From a virus, in IMG/VR virus record IMGVR_UViG_3300032334_001923, positions 63,288-127,287 of that record: a DNA stretch of 64,000 nt. One strand, 5' to 3'. The position numbers were made by a program, and so were the translations under genes. Positions 1-9,186 of this stretch are shown here, in pieces. Under the pieces are notes generated by a model. It searched no databases. It saw only the letters and a list, made by a program, of their open reading frames with translations, and was not told the origin of the DNA. The first letter of the stretch is position 1, and each line of letters begins with the position of its first letter.

Positions 1-1263
1 GCAGTTACTTGGTTTGGAGGAAACACTGGAAACAGTCTTAACTCATTAATTCAATTCTCAACGGGTATATCTTGGAAAGATGCCAGCCAGGATATAACTA
101 AAACCCAAGAGGCCTTTTCTAAAGGACTCTGGTTTGATGGGCCTGCCAATTTAGTTGGAAAAGTAACGGACGCACTAGGGACTAAAGGGCTCACCGATGT
201 GGCTAAATCTTTTATTGATGGAGCTATAGCTGCTTCAGATCCATCTCAAACAATTACCAATGCAATCAGAGTAAAAGGTCTTAGAGATAGAGCTAAAGAG
301 CAAGGCGGACTTATGAGTGAATACATCTGGGTTCCTGTTGACGTTGTTAAGGGAGGACAAGTTAGAGATGTCGGATTACCTTTTACTTGGGGTGAGTTTA
401 AAGTTACATTTGAGTATGATCTTACTTCAGTTGGAGAGGTAAACTCTAAAGCTGCCTTATTGGATATAATGGGGAATCTTTTATCAATTGGTACTAACTA
501 CGGTAACTTCTTAACACCAGATATAAGATACAATAGTAATTTCCCAGTGGTTGGATTTCCTGGTGGGAATAAAGGTCTTGAACTCTATTACAAAGATCCG
601 ATATCCTGGTTTGTTAAATACGGAAAGGAGATAGCATCAATAGCTAATCCTGGAGGATCCAACGAGAACGGCGAGGGCGGTGAAGAGACCGGGCCTAGCA
701 AATTAGAAGAGATAAAGAGTCAACTTAAAAGTATACTTCAAGCATCTTCTGGAAGTTCTGCTAAATTACAGGAACTTGTTGAGAGCCTAGGAAAAAGTTT
801 GGGTGCAGCAGGATCTAGACTTATAAAACTTGCATTAACCTCAGAATTTCTTGAAACGTATCAGGCACCAATCTCACTTTTAACCGGTGCTCCGATAGGG
901 GAATGGCACCTAACAATAGGCAACCCGTGCAACCCTATAGCAATGATAGGAAATCTGATATGTAAGGGAGTAAATATAAGCTTTAGTGACGCACTAGGAC
1001 CTGATGATTTCCCAACAAGCATTAAGGCTGAATTTACATTATCGCATGCAAGAGATAGAGAAAGAGGAGAGATTGAAAGCATATTTAATAGAGGTGATGG
1101 CAGACTTTATCAATCATCTAATCCGACTTCGGCTTCTGTCCAATCATATACCGCTTACGCTGATGTTTCAGGAAATATGATGAATGAACAAACTGTTGAA
1201 AATTACTTTAACGGTACGGTGTGGCAGCGCGAGGGACTATTTCCAGAAAATTTGGGTCAATAA
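1..1263 (+). CDS. Tail/baseplate structural protein (possible tail-tube initiator/cap class), 5'-truncated by window edge
   Basis: Frame is open from base 1 (AVTWFGGNTGNSLNSLIQF...), so the tracked GTG at 199 is internal. It is the first gene of a baseplate cluster; the function call rests on context only. Confidence 0.5.
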   Translation, partial: AVTWFGGNTGNSLNSLIQFSTGISWKDASQDITKTQEAFSKGLWFDGPANLVGKVTDALGTKGLTDVAKSFIDGAIAASDPSQTITNAIRVKGLRDRAKEQGGLMSEYIWVPVDVVKGGQVRDVGLPFTWGEFKVTFEYDLTSVGEVNSKAALLDIMGNLLSIGTNYGNFLTPDIRYNSNFPVVGFPGGNKGLELYYKDPISWFVKYGKEIASIANPGGSNENGEGGEETGPSKLEEIKSQLKSILQASSGSSAKLQELVESLGKSLGAAGSRLIKLALTSEFLETYQAPISLLTGAPIGEWHLTIGNPCNPIAMIGNLICKGVNISFSDALGPDDFPTSIKAEFTLSHARDRERGEIESIFNRGDGRLYQSSNPTSASVQSYTAYADVSGNMMNEQTVENYFNGTVWQREGLFPENLGQ

Positions 1264-1275
1264 AAAGATAACGAA

Positions 1276-1866
1276 ATGGCTTTACTTATAGATACTTTAG
1301 TTGAAAATAAAAATATATTTAATCCTTCTGCGGATTTGAATGCTGCTAAATATGGAATTTGGGATCTAACAAGATCTTCAGTTACTTTTAATGGGGTTAG
1401 TCCTGAATTAAAATCTGTAGTTGTTGTTAGTGAATATTTCCAAATGAGACCAGATTTGATGGCGGTTCTAAACATGGGGGATCAGGGTAAAATGGGGACG
1501 CTATTGAAATTCAATGGTATAAGTAATCCTTTTGCTATTAAAGAAGGTTTACTCCTAGCTATACCCACAACATCTACCACTGATGATATGATTAGAGCTA
1601 AAAAATTAATGAATCAAAAAGCTCCTAATTCTAATACTAATACGAATCCAAATCAGACTTTTAGGAAAAATCAGGAGCAAAAAAAATTCGAGGTTAGTCC
1701 GGGTAGACAGAAATTTTTACAAGACAAGATCAAGAATAAACCAGAGATGGTGCTTCCTCCTAACGTTGCTCAACCTAGTGATAAACCTGTTGTTAAGCAA
1801 GATGGATTTTTCATCTTTGCTCCTAATGCAGGAGGAGGAGGATTCAACTCACCTTCAACAATCTAA
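1276..1866 (+). CDS. Baseplate wedge protein, gp53/LysM-like
   Basis: Motif MRPDLMA...LLKFNGISNPFAIKEGLLLAIP is typical of gp53/LysM-type tail proteins; lies upstream of the hub gene. Confidence 0.7.
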   Translation: MALLIDTLVENKNIFNPSADLNAAKYGIWDLTRSSVTFNGVSPELKSVVVVSEYFQMRPDLMAVLNMGDQGKMGTLLKFNGISNPFAIKEGLLLAIPTTSTTDDMIRAKKLMNQKAPNSNTNTNPNQTFRKNQEQKKFEVSPGRQKFLQDKIKNKPEMVLPPNVAQPSDKPVVKQDGFFIFAPNAGGGGFNSPSTI

Positions 1867-1871
1867 AAAAT

Positions 1872-3434
1872 ATGGCGGTTAAAGATCTAATACAAATAGT
1901 TAGTCTAGCTCTAAATAACATTAAGCTCGATGAGATCATTCAGATAGACAAGACTAATGGATCTTCTAATATAGGAGACCTTCAGAATCAAGGTGAAGTC
2001 GGAGATAAGATCACCGGTCTTTATGCTCCTCTTATAACAATTAATGGTTATAACGTAACTAAATATTTAACCAAATTTCATTTAGACCTTAACGGGTTTC
2101 TTCCGACAGTAAGATTTTCTTTTATTGCTGCAGAGAGTGTTTTTATCTCAGTTAACTATCCAAAGGATGGCGATATAGTTTCCGTTTACATGAGATCCCC
2201 TGGTGATTTTTACAAGCCTCTTAGAATGGATTTTAATGTACTGAATGTTATAAGTGAGCCGTCAAGCAGATATTCATCAACAGGATCTGATCCTGACGGG
2301 AAGGGAATAAATCTAAGATTTACGATACTGGGTGAATGTAGAATACCTGGACTTTATACTTCTAGAATAAAGTCTTTCTCTAATCTGACCTCTAACGATT
2401 GTTTACTTGACGTTTCTCAGGAGCTTAATCTTGGATTTTCAACAAATGAAAAAAATACTTTAGATAGGATGACCTGGATATGTCCATCTTATTCTTATTA
2501 CGATTTCATTCAAGAGGTTTCTCTCAGAGCTTATAAGGATGATCAGGGTAGTTTTTTTGATTGTTGGGTAGATCCATATTACAATCTCAACTTCGTAAAC
2601 ATGGGGAGCCAATTTTCTTTCACTGGTGATCCTAAAGTAAATGCTGTATTCCTTCCAGGTTTTGCAGCAGGTGGAGCTCAAGCGGGAAGTGCTATACCAG
2701 GGTCTCCAGATCCGGATCCTGTTGAAATGCCGTTAGTTCTTACTAACCTAGTTGGATATGGCACAATCCCTTATTTCGTTAACGGGTACACGCTTACATC
2801 TAGAGCAGGAGCAAATACAAATAGGATGGGTTATATTACGGAGATTGGTTTCTATGATGAAACCTCTACTGATAAAGATCCTTCTAAAAAATACATCAAG
2901 TATGACATAGAATCTCAGACACAAGAAGATATTGGCATAGGAACAATTTTGCAGAAGGGCAGAGCAAGAGATAACGAGTATAAAAACGAGAAAAGAATAG
3001 AATGGCTAGGGGTATTTAATCCAAAAATTTCTCAGAACGATGGAGTGCATGAAAACTATTTTCATGCAAAATATCAAAATTTAATAAACCTCTCAGATTG
3101 CACTAAAATGACTTTAGAGGTTGAATTGGCTAACTATTTTCCTGGAATTTATAGAGGACAAGTGTTACCTGTAACAATCTATGTAAACGATGGAGGTGTG
3201 AGACAACAAAATGCTGGAGATCAGAAGAATTCTGAAAGTAATACAGCTCTATCTCCTGTTGTGGATAATTTCCTTTCCGGAAATTATGTTGTTGTTGGAA
3301 TTAGCGTTTCTTGGAGCTATGCAAGTCCTGGAATGAGACAGCACTTAACATTAGCAAAACGTCAATGGACTGCTAATTCATCAGGATCACTACCAAAGGC
3401 TTTCCCTATTTCAATTTCAAAGAAATTGTTTTAA
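1872..3434 (+). CDS. Baseplate hub protein (gp27/late control D-like)
   Basis: 520 aa; C-terminal RGQVLPV...SGNYVVVGIS...QHLTLAKR; sits between gp53-like and gp5-like genes. Confidence 0.6.
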   Translation: MAVKDLIQIVSLALNNIKLDEIIQIDKTNGSSNIGDLQNQGEVGDKITGLYAPLITINGYNVTKYLTKFHLDLNGFLPTVRFSFIAAESVFISVNYPKDGDIVSVYMRSPGDFYKPLRMDFNVLNVISEPSSRYSSTGSDPDGKGINLRFTILGECRIPGLYTSRIKSFSNLTSNDCLLDVSQELNLGFSTNEKNTLDRMTWICPSYSYYDFIQEVSLRAYKDDQGSFFDCWVDPYYNLNFVNMGSQFSFTGDPKVNAVFLPGFAAGGAQAGSAIPGSPDPDPVEMPLVLTNLVGYGTIPYFVNGYTLTSRAGANTNRMGYITEIGFYDETSTDKDPSKKYIKYDIESQTQEDIGIGTILQKGRARDNEYKNEKRIEWLGVFNPKISQNDGVHENYFHAKYQNLINLSDCTKMTLEVELANYFPGIYRGQVLPVTIYVNDGGVRQQNAGDQKNSESNTALSPVVDNFLSGNYVVVGISVSWSYASPGMRQHLTLAKRQWTANSSGSLPKAFPISISKKLF

Positions 3435-3457
3435 GGATAAATATAACAAACTATTAG

Positions 3458-5791
3458 ATGTCATTAGGAGCAACAGATAAACAAAGGAGTCTCTTTCTAA
3501 AGGGATTTAAACTATCGAAGCAAGGAAATTACGAAGATCCAACATATCTTGGATTTAAGGTACTCTTTGATTTCGGATCACTCCCAGTTGGTGCAGATGA
3601 TGGTCTTCCTCCAAGTCCCCTTTTAAAGCAGGGCAGTTACTTATCAGGTGAAACTGGTTTAAACACGATGTACGCAACAAATCCGTTTGGACAACCCCAG
3701 TACGATTATAAGACCTCAGGTCCTGATGGACCCGTAGCTTTTTACTCTGCTGCTTCTTATCTACAACAAAGAGAAGCTAATTTTCTAAATGGTGGGAGAA
3801 GATCTGATATGCTTATTCAGTTTACCAACAACTTAAGAGATCTTGTAACTAATTATCCTTGGTTCTTACAATCTATATCCGGACTGGATAATTTAAGTAA
3901 AGTTGCTAGACCTGGATTTCAGGATTCAGAGTCAGGTGGATTCAATCCGCATAGAACAGCTGGAAAAACTCTTGAATTTAAAACCCTAGAGTCTTTAAAT
4001 CTTAGAATGACCGCTCTGGCAAATCTTTATAATCAAGCAACTTTTGATTATGACAACATGAGAGAGCTGGTTCCTAGAAACCTGAGAAAGTTCACTATGT
4101 ATATCATGGTTTCTGAGATAAGAAATTTCTTTAAAACCTCTAGATTACTTGGTGCGTCCGCTGCTCTTCAAACAATAGATAACTTTGCTAATCTTTTAGG
4201 ATCTGGAAATAATCCAGGAAGCAATATAGCAAGCAGCGAAATAGGAAATCTTAATAATGAATACTCAAGAGAAAATTCAAATATCAATCCTGCAAGTTCC
4301 TTCAACTCTTTTGTTGGAAACATATTAGGACAGGCGGGGGTAGATAACGATTTTGCTTTACTTAAAAATCAGCAGGATCAAAGCGGTATAAAACCGGTTA
4401 TAATATTTGAATGTAAGAATTGCGAATTTGATTTCACCGAGAGCACACCGATACAATCTTCGATTTCTCAAGGATCTGAAAGTCCCTCTGTGACAACTCA
4501 ATCTTTTAAAATTCACGTGGGTAAGGTTAGAATAAAATCTCAATTCCCTAACATCAGACAAGACGGTAAACCTTTAATACTTGGGGATAGCTGGGATGGT
4601 GCAAGATCTTCAGTTCAATCTAATCCAAGAAACACACAAGACATCCTATCACTAGGTGGAGAGCTATTGACAAATTTTGTTAGCAATTCATTAAATGATT
4701 TAATCAATGAAGGAGTTGCTAATCTAAATCAAAGTCTAAGCGGTGCAAACCAATTAGTTTTAGGAAATGCTTACAGCTTTAATCCTAGTCAAGTACTATC
4801 TAGTCTATCCTTTAATAGTGCACAGAATTTCTTAGATAATTTAGGAAGTGTAAATTCTTTAGCTACGAATGGATCTCTTCCGAATCCTCAAACAGCAGGA
4901 TTAGGAGGTCCACCAGAAAGGGTTTACACAAAACCTACAGGGGATTCCTATCCTGAAGTTCCCGGAAAATCCCTCGGAGTTCCTGATAGGGTTTATCCTC
5001 AGCCTAATGGGGATGTTTACGCTGAGGTTCCAGGAAAAGATCTTGGAGTTCCTGATAGGGTTTATCCTCAACCAAACGGAGACCAATATAGTGAGGTTCC
5101 TGGAAAAGATCTTGGAGTACCAGATAGAGTGTATCCGCAACCTAGCGGAGATGCGTATGTTGAGGTTCCTGGAAAAGATCTTGGAGTACCAGATAGAGTG
5201 TATCCGCAACCTAGCGGAGATGCGTATGTTGAGGTTCCTGGAAAAGATCTTGGAGTACCGCAAAGAGTTTATCAACAACCAACCAGTGATGAGTATATTG
5301 AAGTACCAGGGAGAGATTTAGGAGTACCTGATAGGGTCTATCCTAAACCTACCGGGGATGTTTATTCCAATGTTCCAGGTAAAGATCTAGGAGTTCCTGA
5401 TAGAAGCTATGAATCTATAAACGAAAAAGTTTATCCCGATACTCCTGCAGGTAGTTCTCAAACTCCTCAAGCTGAAAGAGTTTATCCTGAATTGCAAAAG
5501 ACCTCCGGCGGATCTCAAATAGACTCCAAAGGTGTATATCCTGAGGATGCTAAGATTTATTCCAGAGGAGAAATAAGAAGTGAATCAAATGCTTTCACCG
5601 AAGCTCCACAGCCAGTTTATTCACCAAGACCTCTCCAAACTAAAAACAGGGGCGAAATAGGAAAAGTTTACCCTTCAACTGCTGGGGATTTCATTGTGGA
5701 AAAACCTTTAAATTTAGGAAATTTAAAACCTCCTGACAAGTATAACATAAGCGAAGGTGGATTCAATACACCTAAATCTGAATTTGAGTAA
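3458..5791 (+). CDS. Tail/baseplate-associated protein with C-terminal 23-aa tandem repeats
   Basis: 777-aa ORF in the baseplate operon; repeat VPDRVYPQPxGDxYxEVPGKDLG; no family recognised. Confidence 0.5.
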   Translation: MSLGATDKQRSLFLKGFKLSKQGNYEDPTYLGFKVLFDFGSLPVGADDGLPPSPLLKQGSYLSGETGLNTMYATNPFGQPQYDYKTSGPDGPVAFYSAASYLQQREANFLNGGRRSDMLIQFTNNLRDLVTNYPWFLQSISGLDNLSKVARPGFQDSESGGFNPHRTAGKTLEFKTLESLNLRMTALANLYNQATFDYDNMRELVPRNLRKFTMYIMVSEIRNFFKTSRLLGASAALQTIDNFANLLGSGNNPGSNIASSEIGNLNNEYSRENSNINPASSFNSFVGNILGQAGVDNDFALLKNQQDQSGIKPVIIFECKNCEFDFTESTPIQSSISQGSESPSVTTQSFKIHVGKVRIKSQFPNIRQDGKPLILGDSWDGARSSVQSNPRNTQDILSLGGELLTNFVSNSLNDLINEGVANLNQSLSGANQLVLGNAYSFNPSQVLSSLSFNSAQNFLDNLGSVNSLATNGSLPNPQTAGLGGPPERVYTKPTGDSYPEVPGKSLGVPDRVYPQPNGDVYAEVPGKDLGVPDRVYPQPNGDQYSEVPGKDLGVPDRVYPQPSGDAYVEVPGKDLGVPDRVYPQPSGDAYVEVPGKDLGVPQRVYQQPTSDEYIEVPGRDLGVPDRVYPKPTGDVYSNVPGKDLGVPDRSYESINEKVYPDTPAGSSQTPQAERVYPELQKTSGGSQIDSKGVYPEDAKIYSRGEIRSESNAFTEAPQPVYSPRPLQTKNRGEIGKVYPSTAGDFIVEKPLNLGNLKPPDKYNISEGGFNTPKSEFE
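4901..5410 (+). repeat. 69-bp coding tandem repeat, about 7.5 copies
   Basis: gaggttcc recurs at 5093, 5162 and 5231 (period 69); units 5093-5161 and 5162-5230 are identical. Confidence 0.95.
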
Positions 5792-5793
5792 AT

Positions 5794-6471
5794 ATGCCAA
5801 GTGAAAAAACATACCTTGGTAAAGTAGTTGACAATAAAGATCCACTTTACCAAGGAAGAGCAAAAATAAACGTTTTTGGAATCTTTGATGATATCCCAAC
5901 AGAGGATCTACCTTGGGCCGAGCAGATTTCCGGTTTATCTTTTGGTGGATCTTACGGAGGTGGTAACACTTCTATTCCCAGAATAGGTTCTGTGGTAGCA
6001 GCTCATTTTGAAGATGGTAATTACTACAAGATTAATTATCACTACATTAAAGAGATCTCTGAGGATCTTCTGGCAAAGCTTAAGGAGGAGAATTCATACG
6101 AGCTTGGCCAGTATTTAATATACGACTCTGAATCTAAGCCTGGTCCACTTCATCTATATTACAATCAAAAAGATGGATTTGTTTTTGAACTCGGAGATGC
6201 TAAGGTTCAACTCGACACTCAAAACGGAGGAAATCTTAGAGTTGTTATCAAAATGGGCAAGGATGAAATACGGATGGAAGATAGCAAAGTGATTGTTAAT
6301 TGTAATAACATAGAGCTCGGTGAAGGTGCTACAGAGAAGCTTGTACTCGGTAACAAATTCTTACAACTTTTCAATCAGCATACACACCCGACAGGGGTAG
6401 GTCCTTCAGGTGTTCCTGTAGTTCCAATGGTTGATGCACAGCATCTAAGTCAAGTATCTAAAACTAAATAA
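5794..6471 (+). CDS. Baseplate central spike (gp5 N-terminal OB-fold/gpV-like)
   Basis: DPLYQGRAKINVFG...LPWA OB-fold motif; C-terminal HTH (HxH) spike-apex motif; no lysozyme domain. Confidence 0.8.
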   Translation: MPSEKTYLGKVVDNKDPLYQGRAKINVFGIFDDIPTEDLPWAEQISGLSFGGSYGGGNTSIPRIGSVVAAHFEDGNYYKINYHYIKEISEDLLAKLKEENSYELGQYLIYDSESKPGPLHLYYNQKDGFVFELGDAKVQLDTQNGGNLRVVIKMGKDEIRMEDSKVIVNCNNIELGEGATEKLVLGNKFLQLFNQHTHPTGVGPSGVPVVPMVDAQHLSQVSKTK

Positions 6472-6473
6472 GA

Positions 6474-7940
6474 ATGCCAGCAGATTGGTCGTCATTTATA
6501 AAAAACGTAAGCGATAAATTAAGTTCTCAGAGCATAAAGGGTCCTGAGGACCTGGCTGACTTTTTGACCAAACAATACACCTCTGCAACAGTAGGAAAGG
6601 CTCAATCACCATTCGGCAATACACATCAAAAAGGTCAAGATTCAATAATGTTGGCTGCTTTCTCAAAGGGATTTAAAATGTTAGAGGAGGAGAGAAGTCC
6701 AACGTTCCAAGAAAAACTATTAAATCCATTATACGAGAAATTGGATTCACCTCTTCCTGAAATAAACGCTAGCGATTTCGTAGACAAAACTGATCTTGAT
6801 TTTAAGAAATGGTCAGTAGAGCAGGGAGCAGGAATACCAGATTTTACTTTCTCACAGCTGTTTGATACTTTTCCAAAGTATCCAAAGGATGAAAATGAAT
6901 TGGTTGATAAATTATCGGACAGCATACTTTCTAAATTTGATGGAAGTTCGGGATATCTTCTTTGGCTCAATTCTCTTGATGCCGGATATGAACGAGATTT
7001 GGGAAGAAAAGTTTTAGCTAAGATTAACGAGAAAACTAAAAATATTCTTAAAAGAGATCTAGTAGTCGGAGATCGGGTCGTTGCTACAGTTTCTGTTGCT
7101 TACGATTTTTATAATAGCTTTAACCAAGGTAATAGAAAAGATATAGAGGGAACTCTCGTCTCTATCAGAACAGATTTAATGGGTAGAAAAAAGTATATCA
7201 TTAAAATTCCGAACTCATATGACTATATAGAAGCTGATGAATACTCGGTTGTAAGATTGATAAACCCTACCGATTTTTCTCAGTATAAATCGGAAGTTTT
7301 AACTCTAAAGATTTTTCAAGAAAGCCACTATAACAATCCTCAAAAAATACCTTCAAGATACACGGAAGATTTTATATTAAAATTTACCTACGTGAAGGGT
7401 ATTGATAACAACCCTTCTAGATACACCTACAACTACGCATTTTTCGGAGCTCAGCTAAAGAAAGAAAGATATGCTGCTGAGTTTAGAAGAAATATCGATC
7501 TTAAAACTAAATGGGTTAATGAAATTGCTGATAAGTACAGAAATCAAGAGGATCCAAATAAACCAGAAGAAGATACAGAGGATCCTTATGAAATCATAGC
7601 AGGCGGGATTATAGCATATTGGAAATCCACTGTTTCTAGACCCCTTTCAGCTAATCCCCCAGTTCCCCCCTGTACTTTAGTACCCCCAGGAGGAGGGATC
7701 TACGTACCGATATATTACGGTGACAAGAAATCACTGGCCAATAATTTAAGGAGGGCTTTTAACACCGGAAAAATGCTCAGCAACCCCATAGATAAGAAAA
7801 CCCCAGCTAAGCTAGTTGCTGCTGCTTTGGCCTTCTCTTTTGCAAAAAATCTACTAGAACTTAAGTTTATTTATTTAGGCGGGATTCCTTCCCCTGGAGG
7901 TCCAGTTCCTATGGTGGGTTTTGTTCCACTTGTGTTCTAA
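6474..7940 (+). CDS. Hypothetical baseplate-associated protein
   Basis: 488-aa ORF directly after the spike gene; KOW/SH3-like LVVGDRVVATV; Pro/Gly-rich C-terminus. Confidence 0.45.
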   Translation: MPADWSSFIKNVSDKLSSQSIKGPEDLADFLTKQYTSATVGKAQSPFGNTHQKGQDSIMLAAFSKGFKMLEEERSPTFQEKLLNPLYEKLDSPLPEINASDFVDKTDLDFKKWSVEQGAGIPDFTFSQLFDTFPKYPKDENELVDKLSDSILSKFDGSSGYLLWLNSLDAGYERDLGRKVLAKINEKTKNILKRDLVVGDRVVATVSVAYDFYNSFNQGNRKDIEGTLVSIRTDLMGRKKYIIKIPNSYDYIEADEYSVVRLINPTDFSQYKSEVLTLKIFQESHYNNPQKIPSRYTEDFILKFTYVKGIDNNPSRYTYNYAFFGAQLKKERYAAEFRRNIDLKTKWVNEIADKYRNQEDPNKPEEDTEDPYEIIAGGIIAYWKSTVSRPLSANPPVPPCTLVPPGGGIYVPIYYGDKKSLANNLRRAFNTGKMLSNPIDKKTPAKLVAAALAFSFAKNLLELKFIYLGGIPSPGGPVPMVGFVPLVF

Positions 7941-7957
7941 TTTTTTGGACTTTCTTA

Positions 7958-7989
7958 GAAACTTAAGTTTCGATATATAGTATAATAAA
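7958..7989 (+). promoter_or_regulatory. Candidate promoter(s): GAAAC-N18-TATAATAAA containing GATATATA (7972-7979)
   Basis: Intergenic, upstream of the S1 gene; the same bipartite layout occurs at 59987-60018. Confidence 0.45.
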
Positions 7990-8022
7990 TAATATTCAAC
8001 TAACCTTTTAAAACTAAAAAAA

Positions 8023-9186
8023 ATGAATTTTAATCCAGCAGAAAACTTTGATTGGGATATTCCAAATGGGCTTGCGTTTAACACTAAAATTAGAATCCCT
8101 GAGGGATCTAAGGTTTATTGTCATGCTCCATATGCACAGGAGTTAGCCGATCTTTATTTTGCCACTTTTTCACAACAACCAGATTTCGTAGGTAAGGATC
8201 TTGATGACGGAGAAGTTTACGTTTGTAAAATCACCACTCTAAGAGAAGACACTGCATTGGCCCAAACAACATCAGGTCAGACGATCTATATAGATCTTAA
8301 AAAAGAAAATAAAGATGCCCAAAGATTTAACCTTGAGCCTCACGATTTTAAAATTGGAGACGAACTTAAAGCTAGAGTTAGAAAAATAGGAGGTAGCTAC
8401 TCAGGATCTGTTATGGACTATTACATCCATAGTCTTAGAGTTGAACTCTTTGAACAGGTCAAGAAAGAGACAAGTGCTTATAAAGTTAAAATCGAAAGCA
8501 TCAACAAGGGCGGTTACATTGTTGACCTCTCCGGCATTAAATGCTTCCTTCCCGGATCTCTTGCTGCTGCTAATAGAATTACCGATTTTGAATCTTATAT
8601 AGGAAAAGAAATCCACGTTATGGTGGAAGGCTACGTCGAAGCAAAAGACATCTTTATAGTTTCTTATAAGAAATACCTTAACAGGATTATGGATTCCAAA
8701 ATACAGGATCTTGATCTTACTAAGAAGTATAAAGGTTATGTTACAGGAAAAAGTGAATTTGGTGTATTTGTTGAGTGGGAAGAGGTCTACACTGGTCTTA
8801 TCCACAAAACCGAATTCGAGGAGAATTCGACAATGTCTTCATTTACTCCTGGCGATGAAATTGAGTTTTACGTAAAAGAGATTAAAGATAACAATAGACT
8901 GACCCTAACACTAGAGAAGCCTCTAGAAAGAAATGTTATAGTTCACGATCTTGACAGACAAGTTAAAGAAGGAACCTGCGAACCTCTAGAAGCTAAAGTT
9001 AAGCACAAAAGGAAAAACGGAATCCTGATTGAGCTAGTCCCTCATGGTCTAATGGCTCTTATTCCCCAAGATAAATTAGGAAAGAAAACAAAAAACCTAA
9101 AATCTGGTGATGAACTAGTAGTTTCAATATACGATGTTGAACCAACTACTGGTAAAATATTTGCTGAGCCTAATAATGACCAATAA
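8023..9186 (+). CDS. rpsA: Phage-encoded ribosomal protein S1 homologue (3-4 S1 domains, shortened)
   Basis: S1 motifs INKGGYIVDLSGIKCFLPGS, SEFGVFVEWEEVYTGLIHKTE and NGILIELVPHGLMALIP; N-terminal ENFDWD resembles the Bacteroidota RpsA start. Confidence 0.85.
   Translation: MNFNPAENFDWDIPNGLAFNTKIRIPEGSKVYCHAPYAQELADLYFATFSQQPDFVGKDLDDGEVYVCKITTLREDTALAQTTSGQTIYIDLKKENKDAQRFNLEPHDFKIGDELKARVRKIGGSYSGSVMDYYIHSLRVELFEQVKKETSAYKVKIESINKGGYIVDLSGIKCFLPGSLAAANRITDFESYIGKEIHVMVEGYVEAKDIFIVSYKKYLNRIMDSKIQDLDLTKKYKGYVTGKSEFGVFVEWEEVYTGLIHKTEFEENSTMSSFTPGDEIEFYVKEIKDNNRLTLTLEKPLERNVIVHDLDRQVKEGTCEPLEAKVKHKRKNGILIELVPHGLMALIPQDKLGKKTKNLKSGDELVVSIYDVEPTTGKIFAEPNNDQ

Noticed and set aside
4901-5410. 69-bp repeats as a CRISPR array, and shadow ORFs 4901-5278 (-) and 5007-5321 (+)
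   Set aside because: The units are contiguous, in frame and vary at synonymous positions with no unique spacers; the extra ORFs are repeat shadows.
9134-9175. Longer tracked starts (9134, 50462, 53603, 60400)
   Set aside because: They overlap upstream genes extensively; internal ATGs at 9176, 50513, 53633 and 60469 fit the spacing better.
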